Below are positions 1 through 11,609 of a DNA stretch of 64,000 nt, one piece after another. This stretch comes from Candidatus Eiseniibacteriota bacterium (GTDB lineage Bacteria > Eisenbacteria > RBG-16-71-46 > JABDJR01), in assembly GCA_963783375.1 (NCBI GenBank), contig CAWANH010000028.1, forward strand, positions 1,056,001-1,120,000. The letters are read 5' to 3'. A program made the translations under genes and the position numbers. How positions within the stretch are numbered: position 1 is the stretch's first letter; every line of letters begins with the position of its first letter. A model generated the notes under the pieces. It did no database searches. It had not been told where the DNA came from and saw only the letters and a list, made by a program, of their open reading frames with translations.

Positions 1-191
1 TCGAGTACATCCGGTTGAGTGGAAAGCACGCCGAGAACGGCCTCGTGCGCATCCTCTCCCGGCCCGGTCTCTGGCTCCAGCGCATCACCACCAAGGAACC
101 GGACATGCAGCAGTTGGCGGTGGCCTGCCGGGCCCTGGAAAGCGTACTTCCCTTGAGCGAGGAGGACGAGCGCGACGTCCGGGTCATGTAA
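1..191 (+). CDS. DUF1385-family membrane protein, 3' end only (runs off window start)
   Basis: Frame from nt 3 reads EYIRLSGKH...RPGLWLQRITTKEPDMQQLAVA, stop TAA 189-191. PGLWLQxxTTxEP is typical of DUF1385, which often neighbours prfA/prmC. Confidence 0.75.
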   Translation, partial: EYIRLSGKHAENGLVRILSRPGLWLQRITTKEPDMQQLAVACRALESVLPLSEEDERDVRVM

Positions 192-245
192 CCCCGCCTC
201 GCGCCGACGGCCCGGGCCCCTGGGGTCCGGCGCCGAAACAACATC

Positions 246-1364
246 ATGAACCAACCCGACCATTTCCTAGACCACCTCGTCCAGCTCGAACACCGGCTCG
301 ACGAGATCAACCAGGGCCTCGTGCGCCCCGAGGTGCTCGGCAGCCCCTCCGAACTCAAGCGGTTGGGGAAGGAGCGGGCCGAGGTCGAGGAGATCGTAAT
401 CAAGCTCCGCGAGTATCGCTCGCTTCATGACCGCCTGACCGGGGCGAAGGACATCCTCGAGACCGGCGACGATCCCGACATGGCCGAGCTGGCCGAATCG
501 GAGATCGCCGAGTGCGAGCCGCGTATCGAGGCGCTCCGCGGCGAGATCAACGAGATCCTCTTCCCCGCCGACCCCAACGACAACAAGGATGTGATCGTGG
601 AGGTCCGGGCGGGTACGGGGGGCGATGAGGCCGCGCTGTTCGCCGGCGAGATCTTCCGCATGTACTCGCGGTACGCCGAGCGTCAGGGTTGGAAGCTCGA
701 GATCCTGGGCTCCAGCGAGACCGGGATCGGCGGCTTGAAGGAAGTGATCTTCAACCTCTCCGGAAGCAAGGTGTACGGGCGCATGAAGTACGAGAGCGGG
801 GTGCACCGGGTCCAGCGCGTGCCGGCGACCGAAGCCAGCGGGCGCATCCACACCTCCGCGGCCACGGTGGCCGTTCTCCCCGAGGCCGAGGATGTGGATG
901 TGGAGGTGAACGAGAAGGACCTCCGGGTGGACGTCTACCGGTCGAGCGGTCCCGGAGGCCAGGGGGTGAACACCACCGACTCGGCCGTCCGCATCACCCA
1001 CGTTCCCACCGGGCTGGTGGTGACCTGTCAGGACGAGCGCTCCCAGATCAAGAACAAGGCCAAGGCCATGAAGATCCTCCGGTCGCGGCTCCTCGACGCC
1101 AGGATCCGCGAGCAGGAGGAGGCCATGCGCACCAGCCGGCGGAGCCAGGTTTCGACCGGGGACCGGAGCGCCAAGATCCGCACCTACAATTTCCCCCAGG
1201 GCCGGGTCACCGATCATCGCATCAACTTCACTCTCCACCGTCTGCACGAGGTGCTGGAGGGGGACCTCGACGAGCTCACCCAGGCCCTGATCGACGCCGC
1301 CGCCGGAGAGCGGCTGGAGGAGGCGGAGGCGGGGGAGCGTCATGCCCCGGTTCCCCGGAGCTGA
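246..1364 (+). CDS. prfA: Peptide chain release factor 1
   Basis: GGQ motif (SSGPGGQGVNTTDSAVR), RF1-specific PAT tripeptide (RVPATE), EVRAGTGGDEA, IRTYNFPQGRVTDHRI. Confidence 0.98.
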   Translation: MNQPDHFLDHLVQLEHRLDEINQGLVRPEVLGSPSELKRLGKERAEVEEIVIKLREYRSLHDRLTGAKDILETGDDPDMAELAESEIAECEPRIEALRGEINEILFPADPNDNKDVIVEVRAGTGGDEAALFAGEIFRMYSRYAERQGWKLEILGSSETGIGGLKEVIFNLSGSKVYGRMKYESGVHRVQRVPATEASGRIHTSAATVAVLPEAEDVDVEVNEKDLRVDVYRSSGPGGQGVNTTDSAVRITHVPTGLVVTCQDERSQIKNKAKAMKILRSRLLDARIREQEEAMRTSRRSQVSTGDRSAKIRTYNFPQGRVTDHRINFTLHRLHEVLEGDLDELTQALIDAAAGERLEEAEAGERHAPVPRS

Positions 1365-2247
1365 CGGCCGGCTCCCTCCGACCCGGAGCCTCCGGGAATG
1401 GCGCCGGGCGGCCCGGGGAATGCTGAGCGCCGCCGGCATCGAGTCCGCCGCCGCCGAGGCCGATCTCATCGCCCGCCACGTCCTCGGGCTCTCCCGGGTG
1501 GAGCTCACCCTGGCCGCCGACCGCGGACTCTCGCCCGGCCAGAAACGCCGGCTGTCCCGCATCCTTCACCGTCGCCGCCGTCGCGTTCCTTTACAGTATC
1601 TTTTGGGGGAAGTAGACTTCTGGGGTTTGAGCCTCCGGGTCACCCCCCGGGTCCTCATTCCCAGGCCCGAGACGGAGGGATTGGTGGATCGGGTGCTGTC
1701 CTTCCTGGGCCCGGACCCCGAGGCGGTGGTGATGGACGTGGGGACGGGAAGCGGAGCGATCGCCCTCGCCCTGGCCGCCTCGCGGCCGCGCATCACCATC
1801 TTGGCCTCGGACGTTTCCGCCGCCGCCATCCGGGTGGCGCGGGGGAACGCCGGTCGACTGGGATTTTCGGGGCGGATTCGCTTCGCGGTCGGAGACCTCA
1901 CCGAGCCTTTCGAGGGAAAGGAACCGGAGGAGTCGCTTCGGGTACTGGTCAGCAACCCCCCGTACGTTTCCACCCGGGATCGGGGGCGGCTTTCCCCCGA
2001 GGTGGCCGAGTTCGAGCCCGCCCTCGCCCTGTTCAGCGGGGACGACGGGCTCGGGATCATCCGACGGCTCGTGCCGGCGGCGGCGCGGAGTCTGCCCGCC
2101 GGCGCCATGCTCGCCCTGGAGATCGGCGACGATCAGGGGGAGCGGGTCCGGCGGCTCATCGAGGCGTCCCGCGACTGGCGGGACGTTCGGATCGACAGGG
2201 ATCTGGCCGGGCGGGACCGGTATGCGCTGGCGGTCCGGACCGGCTGA
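1342..2247 (+). CDS. prmC: Release factor glutamine methyltransferase (HemK)
   Basis: PLQYLLG, VLIPRPETE, DVGTGSGAIA and SNPPY motifs; directly after prfA. Confidence 0.96.
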   Translation: MPRFPGADGRLPPTRSLREWRRAARGMLSAAGIESAAAEADLIARHVLGLSRVELTLAADRGLSPGQKRRLSRILHRRRRRVPLQYLLGEVDFWGLSLRVTPRVLIPRPETEGLVDRVLSFLGPDPEAVVMDVGTGSGAIALALAASRPRITILASDVSAAAIRVARGNAGRLGFSGRIRFAVGDLTEPFEGKEPEESLRVLVSNPPYVSTRDRGRLSPEVAEFEPALALFSGDDGLGIIRRLVPAAARSLPAGAMLALEIGDDQGERVRRLIEASRDWRDVRIDRDLAGRDRYALAVRTG

Positions 2248-2280
2248 GTCGAAAATGAATCCGGCAAGGAGACCGATCGT

Positions 2281-4035
2281 ATGCGCCGCCTGCCCGCCCG
2301 ATTCGCAGTCGTCCTGTTCCTCGGGGTACTCCTCGCCGCCGGTTGCGGGAAGAGCAAGACCACCCGGCCCGGGAACCAGCCTCCGGTCGTGACCCTGACC
2401 GAGTTCCCCGCCGCGGGTAGCACCGTCACCCTGAAGGCCATGTTCCGCTGGTCCGGCACCGACGCCGACGGTTCGGTGGCCGCCTACGAATACGCCCTCG
2501 ACTCCGAGACCGACCTCACCACCACCGCCGACACCACGGTCACCTTCACCTTCACCAAGGACGACGGCACCGAGTCCAACCCCCAGGATCACGTGTTCCG
2601 GGTTCGGGCGGTGGACGACCGGGACCTGCCCGGGGTTTTCGCCACCCTGGCCTTCCGGGTGGCCTTTCCCAACGACCGGCCGACGGTGGCGTTCAGCCGC
2701 ATTCCGAACACCGGCGGCTACGTGGGTCCCCAGGTCACGATTTCTTGGCAGGGAGAGGACGCCGACGGCGTCGTCGATCACTACGAGTACGTGCTCGACG
2801 ACACCCTGGCCGCCTGGACCTCCATCGCCGATACCACGGTGACCCTGGACTTCTCGACCGGAGTGCCGGCCCCCCGGGGGAGGCCGCTGTTTTCTCCGCG
2901 GGGCGTGTCGGCCCCCCTGCACCGGACCCACGACTACGTGTTCTACCTCAGGGCGCGGGACGACGAGGGCAAGGCCTCGAACGTGGTCCATACCCCCTTC
3001 ACCTCCGGTCCGGCCAACGTCCCCCCGACCGTCGACTTCGACACCCTTCCCACCGGGACGGTGACCGGGAGCGCCACCTGGGTCTGGCACGGCAGCGACA
3101 CCGACGGGGAACTCACCCGCTTCGAGTGGGCGATCGACAAGGCCTCGGATGCCGACTGGAACGTGGTGGGGATCAGCACCGTGTCCCTCACCCGCACCTT
3201 CACCCGGGCGGACGGCACCGCCGAGAACCCCCGGGACCACTTCTTCTATCTGCGGGCCCGGGACGACAACGGCGCCTACAGCGACGTCCTGAGCCGGAAG
3301 TTCACCGTGGGAGTTCCCAACCAGCCTCCGACGGTCAAGCTCACCCAGGCCCCCCAGGAGGGGGGAACCGTGAGCTTCCGAAGCACCATCAAGTGGTCGG
3401 GGACCGACGACGAGGGGGTCGCATCCTACGAGTACGCGGTGGACGGGGCCTCGAGCTGGACCCCGGTGCCCGCCACCGTGACCAGCCGGGATTTCCTGTT
3501 CAGCTGCACCGACTCGGTCACGGTGTACCCCAATCCCAACCCTACCGCGCCCCAGGCCCAGGCCTTCGGCTTCCACCGGTTTGCCATCCGCGCCCTGGAC
3601 GCGCTCGGGGCGGTCTCGCCGACGGTCTCGGTATCGTTCCGCACCATCACCATCACTCCCTACACCACGATCCTCGTTCCCGACCCCGGAGACGGGATGG
3701 TGGCGGGAAGCGTGAGCTTGGACCTGCGCTGGATGGGAGTCGACGTGGATCGCAGCGAGCCGGGGAACCCGTCGAACCGGCTGGCCCGGAACTTCGACAT
3801 CCTGTGGGGCGAGGTTCCCCCCGACTCCACCTATGCCGACGGCGCGGCGGAGGTGGCGGCGGCCCTGGCCCGGGGCGCCCGGTGGCAGACCCTGGCCGAC
3901 AGCGCGGTCGAGACCACGCTCGGCCTCGAATCGGGAAAACAGTACGTGGTGGCGATACGGGCCCGTGACGTGACCAACGCCGTCGAGCCCTACTTCAATT
4001 ACGGAAGGAACGTGCTCCGGGTCACCGTGCCCTAG
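2281..4035 (+). CDS. Lipoprotein with ~5 tandem beta-sandwich (Ig/FN3-like) repeats
   Basis: Signal peptide with lipobox LAAGC; repeats of PPxV...WsGxDxDGxVxxYEYxxD...HxFxxRAxDD. Confidence 0.8.
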   Translation: MRRLPARFAVVLFLGVLLAAGCGKSKTTRPGNQPPVVTLTEFPAAGSTVTLKAMFRWSGTDADGSVAAYEYALDSETDLTTTADTTVTFTFTKDDGTESNPQDHVFRVRAVDDRDLPGVFATLAFRVAFPNDRPTVAFSRIPNTGGYVGPQVTISWQGEDADGVVDHYEYVLDDTLAAWTSIADTTVTLDFSTGVPAPRGRPLFSPRGVSAPLHRTHDYVFYLRARDDEGKASNVVHTPFTSGPANVPPTVDFDTLPTGTVTGSATWVWHGSDTDGELTRFEWAIDKASDADWNVVGISTVSLTRTFTRADGTAENPRDHFFYLRARDDNGAYSDVLSRKFTVGVPNQPPTVKLTQAPQEGGTVSFRSTIKWSGTDDEGVASYEYAVDGASSWTPVPATVTSRDFLFSCTDSVTVYPNPNPTAPQAQAFGFHRFAIRALDALGAVSPTVSVSFRTITITPYTTILVPDPGDGMVAGSVSLDLRWMGVDVDRSEPGNPSNRLARNFDILWGEVPPDSTYADGAAEVAAALARGARWQTLADSAVETTLGLESGKQYVVAIRARDVTNAVEPYFNYGRNVLRVTVP

Positions 4036-4125
4036 CCGTCCCTCGAGGAAACGGCCCCGGTCGCGCCGACGGGCGGCCGGGTGACGCGGCGCCCCCTGCG
4101 CCGCGACCGCCCGGGAGGAACCGTC

Positions 4126-5394
<1,269 letters not shown>

Positions 5395-5395
5395 C

Positions 5396-7324
5396 ATGGA
5401 GCCCGCGGGAACCCGCTTCGCCATCCTCGGCACCGCCGGTCACATCGATCACGGAAAGACCGCCCTGGTCCGGCTTCTCACCGGCACCGATACCGACCGG
5501 CTGAAGGAAGAGAAGGCCCGGGGCATTTCCATCGACCTGGGGTTCGCCCACCTCGACCTCCCCGGCGGTCTCTCCTGCGGCGTGGTCGATGTCCCCGGCC
5601 ACGAACGGTTCGTGAAGAACATGCTGGCCGGGGCCTGCGGCGTGGACGCCATGCTCCTGGTCATCGCCGCCGACGAGGGGGTGATGCCCCAGACCCGCGA
5701 GCACCTGGACATCCTGGATCTCCTGGGGGTGAAGCGCGGGGTGGTGGCGCTCACCAAGATCGACATGGTGGAGGAGGAGTGGCTGGATCTGGTCACCGAG
5801 TCGGTGAGCGAGTACCTCGCCGACCGCGGATTCGGCGACTTCCCGGTGGTGCCGGTGTCGTCCAGGACCGGCGAGGGGAAGGACGCGGTCCTGGCCGCCC
5901 TGGCCGGGGCCCTCGCGGAACTGGAGGAAAGGCCGACCGCGCGGGCGAGCCGGCTCCCGGTGGACCGCGCCTTCGTGGTGGAGGGGTTCGGCACCGTGGT
6001 GACCGGAACCCTGTGGCGGGGGACCATCCGGCCCGGCGACCGGCTGGTGGTGGAGCCGGGAGGCGTCGAAACCCGGGTGCGAAACGTGGAGGTCCACGGC
6101 GAGAACGTCACCGAGGCCCGGGCCGGCCAGCGCACCGCGGTGGCCCTGGCCGGGATCCCGCGCGACGCCGTTCCCCGCGGCGCCTGGCTGCTGGCTCCCG
6201 GCACCCTGCATCCCGCGTCCATGCTGGACGTCCGGCTCCGGGTGCTCCCGGACGCGCCCAAGGAACTTCGCCACCGCCAGCGGGTGCGGTTCCACCTGGG
6301 GGCGAGCGAGATCCTGGGGCGGCTGGTTCTCCTGGAAGGCGAGCGGATCGAGCCGGGAGGGGAGGGTCTGGCCCAGATCCGACTCGAGGAGCCGGCGGTG
6401 GCCGACCGGGGCGACCGCTTCGTCCTGCGCTCCTATTCGCCGGCCCGGGCCATCGCCGGGGGAACCGTGATCCTCCCCGACGCCCCCAAGCGACGCCGCG
6501 GGCACGGAAAGGCCCTGGAGGAAATACGACGGGAAGAGTCGGGAAGTGCCGAGGATCGCTTTCTGGCCGCGCTGGGGGAGATGCCGTTCGGGGGAAGCGT
6601 GGCGGAGGTGGCCCGAGGGGCCGGCCTGGCCCCCGCCGAGGCCTCGGAGGCGGAGGCACGGCTGGTGGAACTGGGCGAGGCGGTCCGTCTCCCCGACGGC
6701 AACCTGGTGACCCGAGAGCGGATCAAGGGTCTCTCCCGTAGGGCGGAAACGGTGCTCGAGGAGCTCCAACGGGCCAACCCACTGCGCTGGGGAACGAGCC
6801 GGGGCGAACTCAAGAGCCGGTTGGGAGCCAAGTTACCTTCGTCGCTGTTCGATCACCTCACCACCGCCCTGGCTGCGGACGGGCGGGTGACCCAGCGGGA
6901 GGACGTCCTTCGGGGGGGGAACGGGGAGATGGAACTGACCCCGGAACTCCAGGCCCGGGTGGAGCGCGTGGCCCGTGAACTCGAGGCCGGAGGGGTGACC
7001 CCGCCGACCTCCAAGGAACTCCAGACACGCTTGGGGTTCAACGTCTTGGACGTCCTGGAACACTTGACTTTCCGCGGGGACGCGGTGAAAGTCACGCCCG
7101 AACTCTTCATGAGCCCGGCCTCGATCGGGCGGATCGCCGATTGGCTTGAAAGCTTTTTTCAAGGCCATGCCGAACTCGCCATGGCGGATCTCCGTGAAGC
7201 CCTGGGGATGAGCCGGAAGTACTCGGTGCCGGTTCTGGAACACCTGGATCGGCAGGGCTGGACCCGCCGGGTCGGGGACGTCCGGGTGCCGGGAAGACGG
7301 CTGGAAGGCACTTCCCGATCGTGA
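5396..7324 (+). CDS. selB: Selenocysteine-specific translation elongation factor
   Basis: GTAGHIDHGKT, EEKARGISIDLGF, DVPGHERFVKNM; C-terminal winged-helix extension ending SRKYSVPVLEHLD. Confidence 0.95.
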   Translation: MEPAGTRFAILGTAGHIDHGKTALVRLLTGTDTDRLKEEKARGISIDLGFAHLDLPGGLSCGVVDVPGHERFVKNMLAGACGVDAMLLVIAADEGVMPQTREHLDILDLLGVKRGVVALTKIDMVEEEWLDLVTESVSEYLADRGFGDFPVVPVSSRTGEGKDAVLAALAGALAELEERPTARASRLPVDRAFVVEGFGTVVTGTLWRGTIRPGDRLVVEPGGVETRVRNVEVHGENVTEARAGQRTAVALAGIPRDAVPRGAWLLAPGTLHPASMLDVRLRVLPDAPKELRHRQRVRFHLGASEILGRLVLLEGERIEPGGEGLAQIRLEEPAVADRGDRFVLRSYSPARAIAGGTVILPDAPKRRRGHGKALEEIRREESGSAEDRFLAALGEMPFGGSVAEVARGAGLAPAEASEAEARLVELGEAVRLPDGNLVTRERIKGLSRRAETVLEELQRANPLRWGTSRGELKSRLGAKLPSSLFDHLTTALAADGRVTQREDVLRGGNGEMELTPELQARVERVARELEAGGVTPPTSKELQTRLGFNVLDVLEHLTFRGDAVKVTPELFMSPASIGRIADWLESFFQGHAELAMADLREALGMSRKYSVPVLEHLDRQGWTRRVGDVRVPGRRLEGTSRS

Positions 7325-7380
7325 AAGACTGGAAGAACGCCGGGTACGGAATACCCCCCGGCGGGGCAAGGTAGCAAACA

Positions 7381-7977
7381 ATGGAACGACGCTTGAGTGG
7401 GAGCCCGGGTGAAGAGCTCAAGGGTGCCCGCGATGCGGAACTGGTGGCCCGCTCCAAGGCCAACGACACCGTTGCCTTCGGAGAGCTGGTCCGCCGGTAC
7501 CAGAAGCCGGTCTTCCGAATCGTGCTGCGCATGGTCAAGAGCCAGGACGACGCGGACGACCTGACCCAGGACACGTTTGTCCGGGCGTATCGCGGCCTCA
7601 AGACCTTCAAGGAAGAATACGACTTCCATCCCTGGCTCTACCGGATCGCGGTCAACCAGGCCATCAATTTCATCAACCGGCGAAAGCGTCAAGCCGCGGT
7701 GGACCTGGAAGACGTCCCCGAAGGGGACATCAAGACCGGCCCGGAGCCCGAGAGTCCGATGCAGTCCGCCTCCCGAAGGGAGCTGCTGGATCAACTCGAA
7801 GGCGCGCTCGAGAGCCTTCCCGAAGATCAACGCACCGTGTTTCTCCTGCGCGTGCAGGAGGGTCTCTCTTACGAGGAGATCGCGAAGGCCATGGGAACAC
7901 CGAAAGGAACGGTGATGTCTCGACTGGCAAGGGCGCGCATGGCGCTTCGCAAGTCCCTCGATATGCCTTCCATGTGA
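7381..7977 (+). CDS. ECF sigma-70 factor (RpoE/SigW-like)
   Basis: Region 2 DADDLTQDTF...WLYRIAVN; region 4 GLSYEEIA...GTVMSRLARAR. Confidence 0.93.
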   Translation: MERRLSGSPGEELKGARDAELVARSKANDTVAFGELVRRYQKPVFRIVLRMVKSQDDADDLTQDTFVRAYRGLKTFKEEYDFHPWLYRIAVNQAINFINRRKRQAAVDLEDVPEGDIKTGPEPESPMQSASRRELLDQLEGALESLPEDQRTVFLLRVQEGLSYEEIAKAMGTPKGTVMSRLARARMALRKSLDMPSM

Positions 7978-9161
7978 GCAAAGAGGATCCAGCAGCCATG
8001 AGCACGTCGATACACCCCTCGTCCGACGATCTGAGCGCGTACTTCGATAACGAGCTATCCGACACCGAAGCCGCAGCCACCGCCACCCACCTCACCGATT
8101 GTCCCGAATGCCAATCCCACATCGAGGCTTTCGCCGTCCTGTCCGAACTCGGCCCTCGTGTGGAGGAGATGCTCCCGGGCGAGGCGTACTGGTCTGATCT
8201 TCCCGATCGCGTCCTGGCCCGGCTGGCTATCGAGGCGGGCCGTGCCGGCGCGCCGGCGGCCGCGGCGAAGGGCTCCTCGTTTTGGCGGAGCCTCTGGAAT
8301 CCCCAGGGCGGCTGGAGATGGGCGGTAGGCTCGACGGCCACCGCCGTTCTGCTGGTGGGCGCTTGGTTCACCATCCACCAGGCCCAGAATCCCGCCGCTC
8401 CGTTGGGGAGTACGATCGCCGAGAACCGCGCCGCTCCCGTCGAGGTTCCCCCGCCCGGCGCGGGGTTGGCGGGCACCCCGCTCATGACCGGGGTCACCGG
8501 GCCGGTGGAGTCGGCTCAGTTCGTGGACAACACCGTGGCCGACGCTGCGCCCGGCATGAGCCCCGACGCCTTTTCCCGGCAGGTCATCACGACCCTGGGC
8601 GGGCGGGAGAACCTGGGCACGAGCCTCAACATCGCCTCGGGGCAGGCGGTCACCGGGGACGGGGCGGTCTCTCCGATCGCCGATCAGGTGGCGTGGACGC
8701 TTCCCCCCCTCGGACCTCAGGCCCGTCTGGAGACCCAGGGGCTGGTGAGCTGCGGCCCCGGCGAGAGCCCCCTGGAGAAGGCGTTCGTCTGCGCGGCCAA
8801 GGCCGACGAGATGGGGCAGAGCGCGCTGGCCCGGCAGGGGTACCAGGTGGTTCAGCGGTTCTCCGATCAGAGCCGCCCCCTCTACTGGGAGGCGGATTAT
8901 CGCCTGACCTATCACAAGTGGCGGCAGCAGCTGGCCAGCGTACCCGCCGGCCCGCAACGCGCCCAGATCCTGGACAACATGCACCGGCTCGCCGACCAGG
9001 CCTACACGAGCTGGAAGAAGACCGGAAACCTTCCGGACTGCCAGCAGGCCTGGTGCATGAACCGGGCGTTCTACCGGCTGGCCGCCGAGGTCTCCGGGGT
9101 GAATTCGGTTTCCGAACAGACCGCGCGGATGAGCGCGCTCGTGAGCTGCATGAACCAGTAG
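7974..9161 (+). CDS. Anti-sigma factor: zf-HC2 domain, one TM helix, long extracytoplasmic domain
   Basis: LSAYFDNEL...HLTDCPEC ZAS motif; TM AVGSTATAVLLVGAWF; overlaps the sigma stop codon. Confidence 0.85.
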   Translation: MSKEDPAAMSTSIHPSSDDLSAYFDNELSDTEAAATATHLTDCPECQSHIEAFAVLSELGPRVEEMLPGEAYWSDLPDRVLARLAIEAGRAGAPAAAAKGSSFWRSLWNPQGGWRWAVGSTATAVLLVGAWFTIHQAQNPAAPLGSTIAENRAAPVEVPPPGAGLAGTPLMTGVTGPVESAQFVDNTVADAAPGMSPDAFSRQVITTLGGRENLGTSLNIASGQAVTGDGAVSPIADQVAWTLPPLGPQARLETQGLVSCGPGESPLEKAFVCAAKADEMGQSALARQGYQVVQRFSDQSRPLYWEADYRLTYHKWRQQLASVPAGPQRAQILDNMHRLADQAYTSWKKTGNLPDCQQAWCMNRAFYRLAAEVSGVNSVSEQTARMSALVSCMNQ

Positions 9162-9221
9162 ATGTTTCGAACGGTTTTCATGGAGACAATCAGCAGGATG
9201 ATCCCGTAAGCAATTGATCAG

Positions 9222-9563
9222 TTAGTCGAGGTCAAATCGAACCACGAGCCCGGGTGATGAGCCCGGGCTCGCGTGCTGTTTGGGGAACACCGATACCGGT
9301 GCTGCCGATTCTGAATTCGGCGATGGGCTTGCGCGTTCCACGTCCATGCCGGCGACCCCGCCGAGCGGTTCCGCGTAACGCCGGCCGCGTTCGGCGTAGG
9401 CCGCGCGGAGGTCGTCGTCCCGGAGCAGAAGCTCGATTGCGTCCCGGAGCGCCCCGGGATCCCCCGCCGGTACGATCAGGGCCTCGTCGGTCAGGACGTC
9501 GAACACGCGGTCGCCCGGACCGACGTTGGTGTCCAGGAACGCGGTCTCCGCCTCGTCGTGCAC
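9222..9563 (-). pseudogene. Possible remnant of a GT4 glycosyltransferase C-terminus
   Basis: LIVPAGDPGALRDAIELLLRDDDLRAAYAERGRRYA resembles the GT-B/GT4 terminal helices; no N-terminal domain upstream. Confidence 0.45.
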
Positions 9564-9831
9564 CCCGGCGCAATAGAGGTGCGCGTCCAGGATGCGACGG
9601 CGCCCAGCGGCCGTGGGCCAGGGTGATCCAGTGTCCGAAGCGCATCGGCATGCCCGGGGCGGACAATCCCCGGGGGCGCATGCCTACAAGCGGAGACCGA
9701 CTCGGGGCCGGTCCGCGAGAGCGACCCGGCGTCCGGACCCATTCGTGCGGTTGTCCAGGTTGCCCATCGACGGCCTCGATTCCAGGCTGTGCGTTCCGGG
9801 TCGGGAGCCCACGCTCCGGGGACCGACCCTC

Positions 9832-11382
9832 TCAGAGCGGGATGTTGCCGTGCTTCTTGGCCGGAAGGCTCTGCCGCTTGTTCCGGAGCGAGTGGAGGGC
9901 GCGGATGAGCTTCGGCCGGGTCTCCCGCGGCTCGATCACGTCGTCCAGGTAGCCCAGCTCGGCGGCCACGTAGGGGTTGGCGAACTTGTCGTTGTACTCG
10001 GCCACCAGGCGCTCCCGCTCGGCCTCGGGATCGGCCGCCCCCGCCAGTTCCCGCCGGTAGAGGATGTTCACCGCGCCCTCGGCTCCCATCACCGCCAGTT
10101 CCGCCGAGGGCCAGGCCACGTTGTAATCACCGCGGATGTGCTTGGAGCTCATGACGTCGTAGGCCCCCCCGTAGGCCTTCCGCAGCACCACGGTGAGCTT
10201 GGGCACGGTGGCCTCGCAGTAGGCGTAGAGGAGCTTGGCCCCGTTGGAGATGATCCCGCCCCACTCCTGGGCGGTTCCGGGAAGGAATCCCGGAACGTCC
10301 TCGAAGGTGACGAGCGGAATGTTGAAGCAGTCGCAGAACCGGACGAACCGCGCCGCCTTCCGGGAGGAGTTGATGTCCAGCACCCCGGCCAGGAACCGGG
10401 GCTGGTTGGCCACGATGCCCACCGGGTGGCCGTCCAGCCGGGCGAACCCCACCACGATGTTCCGGGCGTAGTGTTCGTGGACCTCGAGGAACCCGCCGTC
10501 GTCCACCACGGCGTGGATCACGTCCTTGACGTCGTAGGGCTTGTTCGACTCCTCGGGGATCAGGCCCTGGAGCGCCTCGTCCATGCGGTTGGGGTCGTCG
10601 GAGGGAGGCCGGTAGGGCGGGTCCTCCACGTTGTTCTGGGGAACATAGCCCAACAGCTCCCGGATCACCCGGAGGGTGTCCCGGTCGTCCTCGGTGGCGA
10701 AGTGCGCCACCCCGCTCTTGGCGTTGTGGGCGCTCGCCCCGCCCAGCTCCTCGTGGGTCACCTCCTCCATGGTCACGCTCTTGATCACGTCGGGACCGGT
10801 CACGAACATCTGGCCGGTGCCCTTGGCCATGATGATGAAGTCGGTGATGGCCGGGGAGTACACCGCCCCCCCCGCGCAGGGGCCCATGACCGCGGAGATC
10901 TGGGGCACCACCCCGCTGGCCAGGGTGTTCCGGAGGAAGATGTCGGCGTAGCCCCCCAGGCTCGCCACCCCCTCCTGGATCCGGGCCCCCCCCGAGTCGT
11001 TGAGCCCGATCACCGGGGCCCCGTTCTGCACCGCGAGGTCCATCAGGTTGCAGATCTTCCGGGCATTGGCCGCGGAGAGGGTGCCCCCGAACACCGTGAA
11101 ATCCTGGGCGAAGACGTAGACCAGGCGTCCGTCGATCCGCCCGAACCCGGCCACCACCCCGTCCCCGGTGATCTTTCGCTTCTCCATCCCGAAGTCGGTG
11201 CAGTTGTGGGTGACGAAGCCTCCCAGCTCCTGGAAGGTGCCGGGGTCGAGGAGGAGCTCCATCCGCTCCCGGGCGGTGAGCTTCCCCCGGCCGTGCAGCT
11301 TCTCGATGCGCTCGGACCCCCCGCCCAGTGCGGCCTCGGCCCGGCGCCGCTGGAGCTCCTCGATACGGTTCTTGACGCTCAT
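9832..11382 (-). CDS. pccB: Acyl-CoA (propionyl-/methylmalonyl-CoA) carboxylase beta / carboxyltransferase subunit
   Basis: [54 protein letters not shown] terminus. Confidence 0.92.
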   Translation of the reverse strand: MSVKNRIEELQRRRAEAALGGGSERIEKLHGRGKLTARERMELLLDPGTFQELGGFVTHNCTDFGMEKRKITGDGVVAGFGRIDGRLVYVFAQDFTVFGGTLSAANARKICNLMDLAVQNGAPVIGLNDSGGARIQEGVASLGGYADIFLRNTLASGVVPQISAVMGPCAGGAVYSPAITDFIIMAKGTGQMFVTGPDVIKSVTMEEVTHEELGGASAHNAKSGVAHFATEDDRDTLRVIRELLGYVPQNNVEDPPYRPPSDDPNRMDEALQGLIPEESNKPYDVKDVIHAVVDDGGFLEVHEHYARNIVVGFARLDGHPVGIVANQPRFLAGVLDINSSRKAARFVRFCDCFNIPLVTFEDVPGFLPGTAQEWGGIISNGAKLLYAYCEATVPKLTVVLRKAYGGAYDVMSSKHIRGDYNVAWPSAELAVMGAEGAVNILYRRELAGAADPEAERERLVAEYNDKFANPYVAAELGYLDDVIEPRETRPKLIRALHSLRNKRQSLPAKKHGNIPL

Positions 11383-11505
11383 GAGACGACTCCCCCGATG
11401 CCCGCAATTCCGGGCCGGCCACGAATCTGCTTGTGCCAAAGGCAATTACGGGAATCCTAGTCCGGACGGGCCCCTCGGTCAATCCTCGGCTCCCCTCCGG
11501 CGCGC

Positions 11506-11534
11506 TTGACTGGCCTTTGCGGGGTCTCTAGCAT
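11506..11534 (+). promoter_or_regulatory. Putative sigma70 promoter for thiolase-SDR
   Basis: TTGACT-17 nt-TAGCAT, ~75 nt upstream of the thiolase start. Confidence 0.5.
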
Positions 11535-11609
11535 GGACCGGTTGAATTCCACGGAGCTTGTTTCTTCCCGACCGATGTTCGGCCCGCGGGCCGGAGGCGA
11601 TACGCACTC

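Noticed and set aside
11422-11438. Sigma54-like TGGCAC upstream of pccB (minus strand)
   Set aside because: No GC at the -12 position (TGGCACAAGCAGATT).
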